From Octopus sinensis (Eukaryota), in the NCBI RefSeq assembly GCF_006345805.1, contig NC_043009.1, positions 3,968,001 through 4,032,000 on the forward strand: 64,000 nucleotides of DNA. The letters run 5' to 3'. Of the stretch, positions 12,485 to 25,134 are shown in pieces; position 1 is the stretch's first letter, and each line of letters starts with the position of its first letter. The translations under genes were made by a program, and so were the position numbers. The notes beneath the pieces are model-generated. The model ran no database searches, had not been told where the DNA came from, and saw nothing but the letters and a program-made list of their open reading frames with translations.

Positions 12485-12920
12485 GGATCTTTTCGGTTTG
12501 AACGGCAGTTTTTTCTAGCTGTGTCACATGAAATTGTCACCCATAATTATGACCCTAGTATCGATCTATTGCATTTCAATCTATTTTAGGGTTAGGGTTA
12601 GTTAAGGTTAGTTAGGATTAGGGGTGGGGGAAGGGTATCTTTTTTTCTTCACAAGTGTAAATAAACCCAATCTGTTTCTTAAACGAAGGACATATTCATA
12701 CAGCACAGAATGTTGTTTACCTCAATGGACGTCATTGTTTGGTTGAAATTGCAGAAATTGAAGAAAAAAAACAACAAATATCTTACAAACTATAGAATTT
12801 TCTCAATAAAGCCAAGAGAAAAAGATGTTTTATAAACACATTCTACCAGTATACGAAGTGTAAACTTTTTTAGTTACCTAGAAATTATGTTAAAAACTGC
12901 CGTTCAAACCGAAAAGATCC
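12485..12920. mobile_element. Non-autonomous DNA transposon (MITE) with 29-bp perfect terminal inverted repeats and an internal TTAGGG-like patch
   Basis: GGATCTTTTCGGTTTGAACGGCAGTTTTT at 12485 and its exact reverse complement ending at 12920. No ORF. No clear target-site duplication. Confidence 0.85.
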
Positions 12921-13172
12921 GTTTCTTATCTTTTGAATAACTTATGAACCTCCAAAAATTCTATAAAAGGGAAACAGAAAGTTTCATCATTTTGGCCATA
13001 CTATGAATTACATTTTAGCAAAAATTAAAGATGAACCACCAGACAGGTCATCGGACCTCAATCACTGCATATATTCTCGAGTCATCATTTTGTTACGATA
13101 TATCCATTAATCTCGCCTAACGTTTTATTCGCCACCTGGAGGCGGAAACGCCCAAACAGTGACAAGTGTCGT

Positions 13173-13340
13173 ATAGGCGCAGGAGTGGCTGTGTGGTAAG
13201 TAGCTTGCTTCCCAACTACATGGTTCCGGGTTCAGTCCCGCTGCGGGGCACCTTGGGCAAGTGTCTTCTGCTATAGCCCCGGGCCGACCAATGCCTTGTG
13301 AGTGGATTTGGTAGACGGAAACTGAAAGAAGCCTGTCGTA

Positions 13341-13423
<83 letters not shown>

Positions 13424-13650
13424 ATGTGTGTGTTTGTATGTCTGTGTTTGTCCCCCTAGCATTGCTTGACAACCGATGCTGGTGTGTTTACGTCCCCGTC
13501 ACTTAGCGATACGGCAAAAGGGACCGATAGAATAAGTACTGGGCTTACAAAGAATAAGTCTCGGGGTCGATTTGCTCGACTAAAGGCGGTGCTCCAGCAT
13601 GGCCGCAGTCAAATTACTGAAACAAGTAAAAGAGAAAAGAGAGTAAAGAG
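13173..13650 (+). mobile_element. SINE family 1, full length (reference copy)
   Basis: A-box-like TGGCTGTGTGG, B-box-like GGTTCAGTCCC, CORE-like GCACCTTGGGCAAGTGTCTT, internal (TA)n(TG)n, and tail GGCGGTGCTCCAGCATGGCCGCAGTCAAATTACTGAAACAAGTAAAAGAG. About 13 homologous copies in the window. Confidence 0.9.
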
Positions 13651-13974
13651 TATGTCTCAACTTCTATCATTCCAATAATCTTTTCACTATTTGTTGTTTT
13701 TTTTTCTTTCTTTGTGTTTGCCGTGTTGCTTTGCGAAACCTTTGCTGCTCGTTAGACCTTTGGCTCTATTTCCTCTTCAGTGAACCATTTCATTCTGATC
13801 CCTACCTGTTCCTTTCCAACTACGTGTTATCATTTCAATATCGCTTACCCCTTACAGAATTGTAAATCCACCATGTTGACATTACCAGCTTGAGAAATAT
13901 CGAAATAAATTTAATATTCCAGTTAGGAAATCCTGGGTAACCGAATTGTATATTATATGCATTTTATTATGAAT

Positions 13975-13981
13975 AATAATG

Positions 13982-14051
<70 letters not shown>

Positions 14052-14072
14052 TAATAATAATAATAATAATAA
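13975..14072. repeat. (AAT)n microsatellite
   Basis: Seen directly. Confidence 0.95.
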
Positions 14073-14629
14073 TATATATATATATGTATATATATATTGG
14101 TTTGTCGCTGAGAAATGTTGCTTTATTCAGGTGGAAATCAGCTGGGCTTATTTGAAATTGATATCGGTGTATGCAGAGTGCGAATATAAATATAAGTTGT
14201 GTTTATTAAAAGTATCGATTCTGATGATCTGGGAAAAAAAAGAATTTTGGTAGACTCCCTTAATGTAGGATGAGAGACATTTGAACAGATGGTTACGAGT
14301 TTGGGGAATATAGAGAGAGAGATAGAGACACCAAATGTTTTAAGAAGAATTGCGAAGGGAAATACGTAGCAAAGAATAACTGGAAGACTTTACAGGAAAT
14401 GTTTGACAGAGTAAAGAAGAATGGATGAAGAAAGGAATGAATGAAGACAGGCAGCAAGGAAAGAAGGAAGGAAAAAAGAATGAAAGAAAGAAGAATGGAT
14501 AGAAGGAGAGTAAAAGTGAAAGAGAAGAGAGACGCGTATATTCTACGTGAGGAGTTATTTTTTCGTTTCATACAGCATGCGCAGAGTAAATACAAATTTA
14601 ACATAAATAGTGATGTGTAGTTTGTGCAG

Positions 14630-15135
14630 AGCTCCTTCTTCTTCTTCTTCTGCTTCTTCTTCTTCGTCTTCGTCTTCTTCTTCGTCTTCGTCTTCTTCTT
14701 CGTCGTCGTCTCCTTCTCTTTCTTTTCTTCTACTTCTTCTTCTCCTTCTTCATCTTCTTCTCATCCTCCTCCTGCTACTCCTCCCCCTCTTCCTTCTTCT
14801 GCTTCTTATTTTCTTTTATTTCTTCTTCGTCTTTTCGTCTTCTTCTTTTTCTTCTTTTATTTCTTCATCTTTCTTTTCTTCTTTTCTTCTTTTTCTTCTT
14901 TTATTTTTCTTCCTCTTTTTCTTTTCTTTTATTTCTACTTCTTCCTTTTCTTCTTTGTCTTCTTTTATTTTTTCTTCCTCTTTTTCTTTTCTTTTATTTC
15001 TTCTTCTTCCTTTTCTTCTTTTTCTTCATTTATTTCTTCTTCTTCCTTTTCTTCTTTTCTTCTTTTATTTCTTCTTCTTCTTCCTCTTCTTTTTCTTCTC
15101 CTCCTCTCCCTTTCTCCTCTTTTCCTTCTTTTTCT
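14630..15135. repeat. Degenerate (TTC)n pyrimidine tract
   Basis: Seen directly. Confidence 0.9.
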
Positions 15136-15249
15136 CCCAGAAGAAGATACACTTAACCTCAAAGGCATTCTAGACATGGCAACGTCAAAGTTTTTTCTCA
15201 TCTGAAATCATTATCTATTTGATATTCGGTTGCTATTTCTAGCAAATCT

Positions 15250-15628
15250 AGCCACCACACACACACAGACACACACACATACACACACACACACACAAAC
15301 ACACACACAAACACGCACACACATATATATATATGTATGCATATGTACTCTCGTATTTGTTTCTGGATGGTGACACGTGGTATCAAGCCTGAGCCAAAGT
15401 TTCTGGAGACTGACAGAGTGCTGACGTGGGGGTGGGGTGGGGTGATTATTAAGGGTAGTGATGACGGATGCTGCAGAGTGTTTCTCATAATCTTTGCTAT
15501 CATTTGATGTCAATTTATCAAACACAGGAAAATACATCCTCTGATGATGTTTGTGTGCATGTGAATGTTTGTGTCTCACAAGGCGTGTATGTCTATGTTA
15601 CGTGTATGTCCATGTGAAAATATATGTG

Positions 15629-15684
<56 letters not shown>

Positions 15685-15971
15685 TAGATATACATATACA
15701 TATATATATATATATGCATATATGTGTATGTGTGTGTGCGTATAAGCGTGATACTATATATATGTGTGTACGTGTGTGTTTATACATATATATATATATT
15801 ACATACATATAAAACTGTATGTATACACATATATGTACACACGCACATGTATATATATATATACATATGTATCTATGAATATGTACAGATAAATATATAT
15901 GCACATTTATGTGTATATACATGCATACTTGCATAAATACACTGCAGCTATACACGATACACATTTATGTA

Positions 15972-16031
<60 letters not shown>

Positions 16032-16682
16032 ATATATATATGTTTACACGTGAGCTAACAGATAGATATCAGTGGTTAAATATCTAATACGAACATTTTT
16101 TCGTCTCGTTAGTTCCTGTATTTCTATATGTAACTTTTAATCTTGTTCTCCCTCTAATAAATATTTTATTGGGTTACTTTTTTTTTATAGTTATCGGCTT
16201 TTTTATGCCTATCAACACCAACACCAACACCAACAACAACAACAACACCAACTCCAACACGTGCGCAGACGCATAGAAAAATAAAGAAGTCTATCACCTT
16301 CCTAAACACATCAGCTTCAAGCGCAAATGCATATGTTTGGTTGCATATATACGCTTGCGCATATCCGGAATGACTGTGTTTGTATCATGTATATTTATGT
16401 GTTATGATGTCTAGCTATATGTTTCCGGTATTCATGTATGTATATATGTGTGTATGTATGTATTTATGAATGTATATATGTGTGTTTGTATGCGTGCATA
16501 CATGTTTATATGTAAGTATGTATTTATGAATGTATATATGCTTATACATGTGCATCTATCGGATTCATATACATAAGCAGTTATGTGTGTATGTGTGTGC
16601 GTGTGTGTACAGGCACACATGCATATATATATGTATATGTATGTATTTATATATACATAATTGTGTGTGTATGTGCATATAC

Positions 16683-16721
<39 letters not shown>

Positions 16722-16879
16722 CATACATACATATATAAATACATATATATATATATATACATACACACACACACATATATATGTTCAGTGCGTGTTTGTG
16801 TTTGTTTGTTGTCTTTATTGTTTTGGCTTTTGTTTATCAAAGTGCGTTTATAAGTACGTATACGTGCGTGCTCTCCCCC

Positions 16880-16917
<38 letters not shown>

Positions 16918-17110
16918 TTCTCTCACCTTTTCTCTCTCTATCTTTCTTTCTCTGTATTTATGCATGCTTGTATGTATTCATACGTGTGTGGATCTGCTTG
17001 TGTTTGCATGTATGTCCGTGTGTGTGTGTGTGTGCGTGTGTCTTTGTATGTGTGTATGCGTGTGTCTTTGTATGTGTGTGTGTGTGTGTGTGTTTGTGTT
17101 TGTGTAGTGA
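15250..17110. repeat. Mosaic of (CA)/(TA)/(GA)/(TG) dinucleotide tracts
   Basis: Seen directly. Confidence 0.85.
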
Positions 17111-17864
17111 ATGCACGAAAACGTCTTTAATAGCGTGTTTCGGTGTGAGATGAAAGAGTGAGAAATATGGGTGTGTACCATGAAAATAAAACGAAGATCA
17201 AAAGGTGACTAATTAAACCAGAATCAAGCGAGCGGAGAGGAGGGAAAAATTTTTGTAGTGAAGGTAGGTGTGCGCGCGCTCGTTTGCGTGTGTGTTTGCG
17301 TGTGTGTGAGAACTTCTCAACACATCAACATTACTAGCAAGTTACTAACCACACATGCATGTACGCCCACATATAAACTTTAATATACACTTTGTAATTA
17401 CCAGCTGACTCTTCGAATTTTATCTTCTACAAGTTCTACTGGTTTTCTTTTAAGCGACTAACATAAAAAATACACAAGAAACTGCCAAGTTAGCACTCAC
17501 ATCAGTCAGATCGCTGCATGGACTCATATTATTGTGTTAATCCTAAAGTTAACTACACATTAACACATGCATATGCAGTTGTATTTGTGTGTGTGTTTAG
17601 GAAAGAAAGAGTTCATTTGCAAATTCTGCTACTAACAATATGATTACGAAGAAGAAAATAATATAGAACTCAATACCAGTGATGGAGTAAATACTATATA
17701 TTTTATTGGGATATATGTATATATATATATATATTCTAATTGCAAAAGATTGTTGTGATTCTCTGTGGCGAATCCTAGGACAAGACTGACAGGTGAATCG
17801 AGAAACTTTCTTGTCGGATTTACTAGCAATTGGAGATTACTGAATTCTCAACCTTGCTTACCAG

Positions 17865-17932
<68 letters not shown>

Positions 17933-17989
17933 TGTGTGTATTTATAAATGTGGTTTTTCGGAAACTGGGGTTTGCTGCTGTTGTTACAG

Positions 17990-18560
17990 CTATGGACAAA
18001 TAAAATCTGTTTTATCACAGGCCACAGACTGGATAAGGACTCACTCGGCTTCCTGACTAGTATCTGGCACTGAGAGCATTGCGTTCTCCACTGCTGATTC
18101 TGGTAATATTTTGTGAATTACAAAATTTTCTAGAACTTCTGGGGCCTCTAGGAGTTCTGGGATTTCTGACACTTGTCGATGGATCAGCAGCTATTCGCTT
18201 TAATTTTTTATTTAATGTTCGACCAAGTAGAAAGTCCATAAATTTGTTTTGCACTAACATGTGTAACAACTGAACTCTGCTCTGCCTCTGTATTCTCCTC
18301 ACCTTTCATTCTGAACCCTCAACGGGACAGGGATCCAATATGAGTCTGTGATCTACGGGGACCTTTACGATTTGTACATCTAGTGAAACCTTGCCTTTCA
18401 CACTTCATTCCCGTCACTTCGGCACACGAAGGTGGAAATGATTCAAAGATCAGCATCGCTGGCAATATCGTCTATTGTGACCTTCCTATTTTACAGACTA
18501 CAGTAGGGCAGGTTCAGGGGTGTGACATACGAAGTCATCCCATCCCTTCGCTCCTATGTA
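17990..18560 (-). pseudogene. Possible highly decayed Ty3/gypsy-like RT fragment
   Basis: Minus-strand FLLGRTLNKKLKRIAADP...PRTPRGPRSSRKF and a frameshifted KYY loosely match the gypsy RT pattern (YLGH..GI.PDP.KV...P.P....VRSFLG..YYR). An upstream DSYWIPV resembles DL.SGYWQIP. Weak. Confidence 0.3.
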
Positions 18561-18814
18561 GGGAGTAAATTTTACTGACATGCTTGAGCTGAACATCGCC
18601 TTAACAGAAGAAGTTGTTCAAAATGACAGAGCATTGTTTTTCTTTCAAGAATAATCGGTCAATTTCCATAAGTTAATTGCCAATAAACCTGAACAAAAAA
18701 AAAATCAATCACATTTTGAAAAATATTCACAGAGGTTAATACTTAACGAAGCTGCGAAAACAAGACGTTTTGCCGTGGTAATAAATATCAACAACAAAAT
18801 CAGTAACAACAACA

Positions 18815-18851
<37 letters not shown>

Positions 18852-18904
18852 TAACAATAATAATAATAATAATAATATAATAATAATAATAATAATAATA
18901 ATAA

Positions 18905-19061
18905 AGCACCGCCGTTAGTCGAGCAGATCGACGCCAGAACTTATTCTTTGTAAGCCTAGAATTTATTCTCTCGGCGTCTTTTACCGAACAGCTAAGTTAC
19001 GGCGACGTAAACACACCAGCATCGGTTGTCAAGCGATGTTGGAGGACAAACACACACACAC

Positions 19062-19135
<74 letters not shown>

Positions 19136-19303
19136 TACGACGAGCTTCTTTCAGTTTCCGTCTACCAAATTCACTCACAAGGCTTTAGTCGGCCCGAAGC
19201 TATAGTAGAAGATACTTGCCTAAGGTACCACGCAGTGAGACTGAACCCGGAACCATGTGGCTGGTAAGCAAGCTACTTACCACACAGCCACTCCTGCGCC
19301 TAT
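18905..19303 (-). mobile_element. SINE family 1
   Basis: Reverse complement of the reference copy, with internal (CA)n(TA)n. The extreme tail is missing. Confidence 0.9.
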
Positions 19304-20025
19304 AATAATAATAATAAAATAATAATAATAATAATGATGATGATGATGATGTTAGAATCTAGTAATATACTGAAATCGATTTAAAAGCGAAGCCTATATA
19401 ACATAATTGATGCATTAGGCATTAGGCCACGAAGCTAAAAGGATGAAGGGAGCAAAATAATGATATTATGTAAAATTCATGATTTTCTCAGGAAATTAAT
19501 AATGGTGTCGATGAGGCGAATTACCTTACTTTACGAATCCATCTACGAATGTCATCGTCTCAAAAGAGCAACATGTTTCTATGTGGTCGTTGCACCTGCG
19601 AAATTAACTGATAAATCTCCACCAAATCATACCTACTACTTAACCCGTTGGTGCTGGTATTACCCGAAGCATGCGAGACACTGTCTAATGAGGCCACACA
19701 GACACACAAGTGCAAACGAGCTCATGTCTATTTACGTTCACCGTTACAATAACATAGCGTCGTACATTTACGCCTACCGGTTTATGAAAACGAACTATGT
19801 GAAGCTATTTATCATAATATGATATGCATGAGTTATTCTGCTCAAGTTCAGAAAATAGCTTGTGTGTGTTACAACTCAAAACACAGTATTATGCATGTAA
19901 AGTGTCCGCATGTCATTGGTCTACTGCTAGTCTCATGACTTGAGCGTAACCTAAAATAGCTAAGATAATGCACGGGACGGCGAGTGCACGCACCTCAAGA
20001 GATAAAGTACACTATAGGGAACGTA

Positions 20026-20539
20026 CCGCAAATTCTCGAGTTTAGTCCGCCGATGAGTATAATACGCAGGGGATTTTTAGGGGGCTGTACTTCTGAAAAT
20101 CCTAAACCTTGTGTATAATACGCACTTCTTCTCTAACTTGAGTCGAGGAGGTCTATATAACGTCCTTCGTTTGTAAAACTGTATACGGTAACGTACTTTA
20201 TTATTATTGTATATATAACATAATGCAAACGTGTTGCTTTTTTGTGCATTTTATTTGCAGAAAATAAAGAAATAACAGTAATAACGTTTAATAAATGATG
20301 CTTATTGCAAGTTATGGATGATTCTTTCATGACTTCATTGCTTTCAGGCTTAGCTTAAGGTATTTTCGCGCCCGACATCACAAAATGCGTCTGAATAAAA
20401 ATTGCCGGACAGCAAATAGAGACTCGGACATTGCTTAGAAAATAATTTTCATTTTTAACCTCGTATATTAGTACGCACTAGGGATTTTGACCTTTAAATT
20501 TTTGGGGAAAAAATGCGGATTATACTCGAGGATTTACGG
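20026..20539. mobile_element. Tc1/mariner-pogo-type MITE
   Basis: TA-CCGCAAATTCTCGAGT at the left and ACTCGAGGATTTACGG-TA at the right form imperfect terminal inverted repeats with TA on both sides. Confidence 0.7.
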
Positions 20540-21989
20540 TAAACATAGGTCAACCGCTAAAATGTCCGTGATAGATGTAGGGTAGCTCTACATCGTATAT
20601 TTACGTTAATAGCGGGTAGGCAAGCAAAAGTGTGATCGCATATTTGCGTCAACCGTTGTCAAGGGGTTAAAACTAAATAGGTCGCATTAAATAATGTAAT
20701 GTTAAACATCGCTGTAGAAACAGGAAGATCGTAGAAAGAATGTAATTAATCATAGGTCTAGACAACCATATTTCACCTGTGGCTAAATAATAGCAACAGC
20801 ATTCTTTTTACAAGCCATTTGTAATTCTCCTATTGTAGTCACAGAACCTCCTAGTGATAGATGTACAACACCTGGAATGGTAGATGGGTTGGTCATGACT
20901 GGAGAGCTTTCGATCTTATAGCTGCAGAAACAAGATCCATCTGATGCTAAACAGCAGCAATACTCCTTCAAAATACTTATCTCTTTCTACAGCTATTTAT
21001 AAAGAAACCAATATTTTAGGAAAGCTTTTGACAGTGCGCTGATCTTAACTGTCATCTGTCCAATAACTTAGCATTCCAGATTTCGGTTATAAGTTATACA
21101 AGCTCCAGCTTAGACCCTTACAATGTTTAGACCTCTCAAAAGACTTAATAGGCATATGCTTTCGATGTATGTTAGAACTTCTGGCCTGATCCTTTTTTTT
21201 TTTTAATAAAAAGGATTCTAAGTTTAAGACCTTCGCGAGACAAGTCAGAATCCGTCACTGTTTTATTGTCATAAACACGATGTGAAATTATGTCAAGCTA
21301 GCGAACGAAATTGTATTCAATTCAAGGGATGTTATAGGCTACCAATAAGTCTTGGTGCTCTGTGGATTTTCTTTTTAAAAACGGCCTATTATTGTGGACA
21401 GAACTCCAGAGGTACTCAAACAATTCTTTCCATGATTATCCGTTTGTAACATCACAGCAACAAAGATCTTCTTGTACCAACATACTCATACGACTGTATT
21501 CCTCTTCTTGTCGATGCTGTCTCTCCTCTATTTCGCAGGAATCATAAATCGTTTAAGCCAACTAAAAATGACAGAGATTGCACCCTTTCCTGGCAATTAT
21601 CCCCAAGAACACATAGGCTTAGCTCTTTGATAAATGTATAGCAAGAACTGAAGATGTTGTGGATTGGTGGAATTTGCAACGGGTATCATGTATGTAACAT
21701 ATCATTTCATACAGACAAGCATGCACGCGAATACACACATCAATACACGCACACGCACACCTACGTATATAGACTCTTTCTTTCGGTCTTTCGTCTCTAT
21801 TTTTCACTTTCTCTTTCAAACATCTTTATTTCTACCTCTCTCTTCCTCTCACTTTTTTTTGTCTCTAGCATTGTCTCTCTCGCACGCTCTTTTCTCACCC
21901 TCTCTCTGTCCCTCGCCCTGTTTTATAAGCACGCACCTACTCATCTCTCTTATGACCCAAGCCCAAACACACACATATACACATAATCT

Positions 21990-22117
<128 letters not shown>

Positions 22118-22544
22118 TTCAAATGCTCATAAACTCACACGCACTCATTTTTTCATCCTTTTCATTGTTCCTCTCTCACAAGCAGACCAATACGCTCGCA
22201 CGCACACAAATTCTCACACACTCGTTATTTCTCTCCCCACTTTCTATCCCAGCATCTCTCCCTCTCTCATTCAAAACTATAATCTCTCTCTCCCTCGACA
22301 CTCTTTCCACTCACACACAAACACAAGTACGTTGTTTCTTTCTCCCCCTCTCTTCACTTCTCTATCAGTGTGTCTCCCTCTCTTAGTCTTTCTCTATCTC
22401 TCCCTATATCTCTTTGTCTTAATTTTCTTTCTTTCATTTGTGTCTTGGTTAGACGAACTTAGTTCTACATAAAAGTCATTCAAACCAAGTAGAAAATATG
22501 GAGTAATATTTTCTCCTACGTCTCATTAGTTCTTCCGTCAAACC

Positions 22545-24380
22545 ATGCATAACACTGATCGATAACAGATCAATAGGCGGTGTGTCTAGTTGACCAATCT
22601 GGTAATACATGGCATCGATCAGTCACAGGTCAATGAATTGTCTCTAGTTGATCCCTCATTTTATGGATAACACTGTTCGATAACAAATCGATTGATAGTG
22701 TGTCTAGTTGATCAAACAGGTAACATCGAGGAGTACAGTTCGATTGGTGGCATGCAGGCAATCCCACGTGTTATAGAAAATACTGATCGATACAAAATCA
22801 ATAAAATGTGACTTTTTGTTCGACTAGGTTACAGATAACATGAATAAATAAAATAACATTAGCTGGTTTGTCTGCTTAATGTGATAAGAGATAGATAATG
22901 AAATAAAAAAAAATCAATAGGTGATATGTCTAATTGATCAATCAAGCGTTAGATAAAGCTAATCAATATAAGATAGATCAGGGGTGTCTAGTTTACCGAT
23001 TGTATTATAAAGTTGATCAATAACAGTTAAATCAATGGTGTCTAGTTGTTCGACTAATCGATACCTAATATTAATCAATAATATATCAATACGACCTTCT
23101 TTTCGATCGATCAAATGACTGATAACGCTCATCAATAAAAGATAAATCAATAAGGACGGTTTAGTTAATCGACCAATGTTACAGATAACGCTATTCAATG
23201 AAAGATCAATCTGATCAATCACATTATAGCTACCAGTGATCAATAAAATATCGATAAGTCATTCTCGCAGTTCGAGCATGTTATAGATAACATTAATCAA
23301 TATTAAATCAATAAGCATGTCTGGTTCATCAATCACGCTATAGATAGCACTGATCAATATGTGATACCTAATTGATCGACTATGTAATAAGTAATGTTGA
23401 TCAATAAGCGATCAATATGCGTTTGAAGTTGATCGACCGCTCTAAAGATAACACTGATCAAATGGAAAATCAATATGTGGTGTCTAGTTTATCGATCATG
23501 TATTAAATAATTTTGATCAATAGATGCCCCTAGTCGATCGACTACGCTATGGATAATATACATATTGATCTTCCATTGATCAATGGAAGATCAATATATT
23601 TTGTCTAGTTATCCTGTTATAGATATGCTGATTAATCAAAGATCAATAGGTGTCCCTAATTGATTTTCACGTTATAGATAATATACATCGACGAAATATC
23701 AATAAGGGGTGTCTAGGTGATCTAGCATGTAATAGGTAACACTGATCAATAAAAAAAAAATAATATTCAGTGCCAATTTGATCGTCTAATCAATAACAAT
23801 TTAATCTGTTGTATCTAGTTACACTCTCTTATTACAGATAATATTGATCACTGAAAGATCAACAGGTTTCTCTATTTCAGCGACTAATCCTAGATAACAA
23901 AGATCCATATGTGGCGTATTGACTTTATATCGTATTTGATAAATCAATGAGAAATCAATAGGCCTGTCTATTTGGTCGACAAATCCCAGACAAGAAAGAA
24001 TCAATTTGAGGTGTATGGATGGTGTACCATCTTCGATAAATCAATGAAAGATCAGAAGGCCTATCCATTTGATCGACTAATCCTAACTGACAAAGATCAA
24101 TATGTATTGATGGTATGCTATATTAGAGATATTATTGATCAGTGCAAGATGAATAGGCCTATCTATTTGACCTGCTTCTGTTTTAAATTATGCGATATAG
24201 ATCAATGATATAGATTATGATAGAGATCAATGCGAGATCACCAGTGATGATAAGATGATGACCACAACTTAGATAACCGTGATTTATAAAACATTAATAT
24301 ATGAGGATCCATTTGACTGATCAAGCTATGAATATCATAGATCAGTAACATATCAATTGAAAGTTATCTGGTTAATCGAA
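22545..24380. repeat. Diverged minisatellite, unit about 55-59 bp, roughly 30 copies
   Basis: Recurring ATAACACTGATCAATA..AGATCAATAGG..TGTCTAGTTGATC. Motif starts near 22549, 22667, 22777, 23125, 23185, 23287, 23343 and 23448. Confidence 0.75.
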
Positions 24381-25134
24381 AACGAGTGAGATATCACTTG
24401 TTACGAACCAGCGTGGACATTCGGCTACTTGAAGTAGCAACCAAATCTGTTTTTAAAATGTCTCAGTATAACAGAAACTCTGATCAATTGTCCGAGCATA
24501 ATTAATTCAACTGCAGGATGTTGTCCAGGTGGCGATCCTTATGAACGGCATGACAGTAAACCAGCTATCCAAGAATTCCTCAGCCGTGGTAGAGAATAGA
24601 GGATTCTGTGGAAGTTAATGAATGGTAGGTGAGTGAAGGTGTTAGTGAGGAGGTTCCAAATGGAGAGAGGGCAATTGAGATTGGGACGCTTGACCACCAT
24701 TAACTAACCCAACTCACCTCGATTGTAAGCTGGTTTATAATGGTGCTGGACGGACCTTCGGTTATGTATGTATATGTGTATATATCTCTGTGTGTGTGTA
24801 TGTGTGTACAGGATTGGCCAAAAGTCACCCGACAGTAAATCAAAATTCCATAAATACTTAAAGTTCAATTTTATATATTCATTCGGAAAAATGGTGTCGC
24901 TCAAGAAAAACTTAATTTTTAATTTTCATGATGTTTCCTATTCAGCTGCATTTATTAAATTCATTCAGTTGTTAAATACAGATAAATCTTGGAATGAAAT
25001 GGTTTTGACTTACAGTCTGCTGGCTTTTGGCCCTCTCTGTAAACATACTTAAAATTTTTGACATGCTTCACTCACTGGATGCGGTCATAGCCTGGTACTT
25101 TATGCTGTTAATCTCCTATTCTGTCTCTTTTCTG

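Noticed and set aside
12586-12625. TTAGGG repeats as a telomere or fusion scar
   Set aside because: Only a few degenerate units, and they lie inside a TIR element.
13173-13260. SINE heads as tRNA genes (also 33311, 38976 and 7741)
   Set aside because: They have A/B boxes but no convincing cloverleaf, and each continues into a multi-copy SINE body.
8279-17181. Numerous Tyr-Ile, Val-Cys and Ser/Phe-rich ORFs
   Set aside because: Translations of (TA)n, (TG)n and (TTC)n.
22545-24380. CRISPR-like array
   Set aside because: The whole unit is repeated and diverged, with no constant repeat plus unique spacer and no cas genes. The context is eukaryotic.
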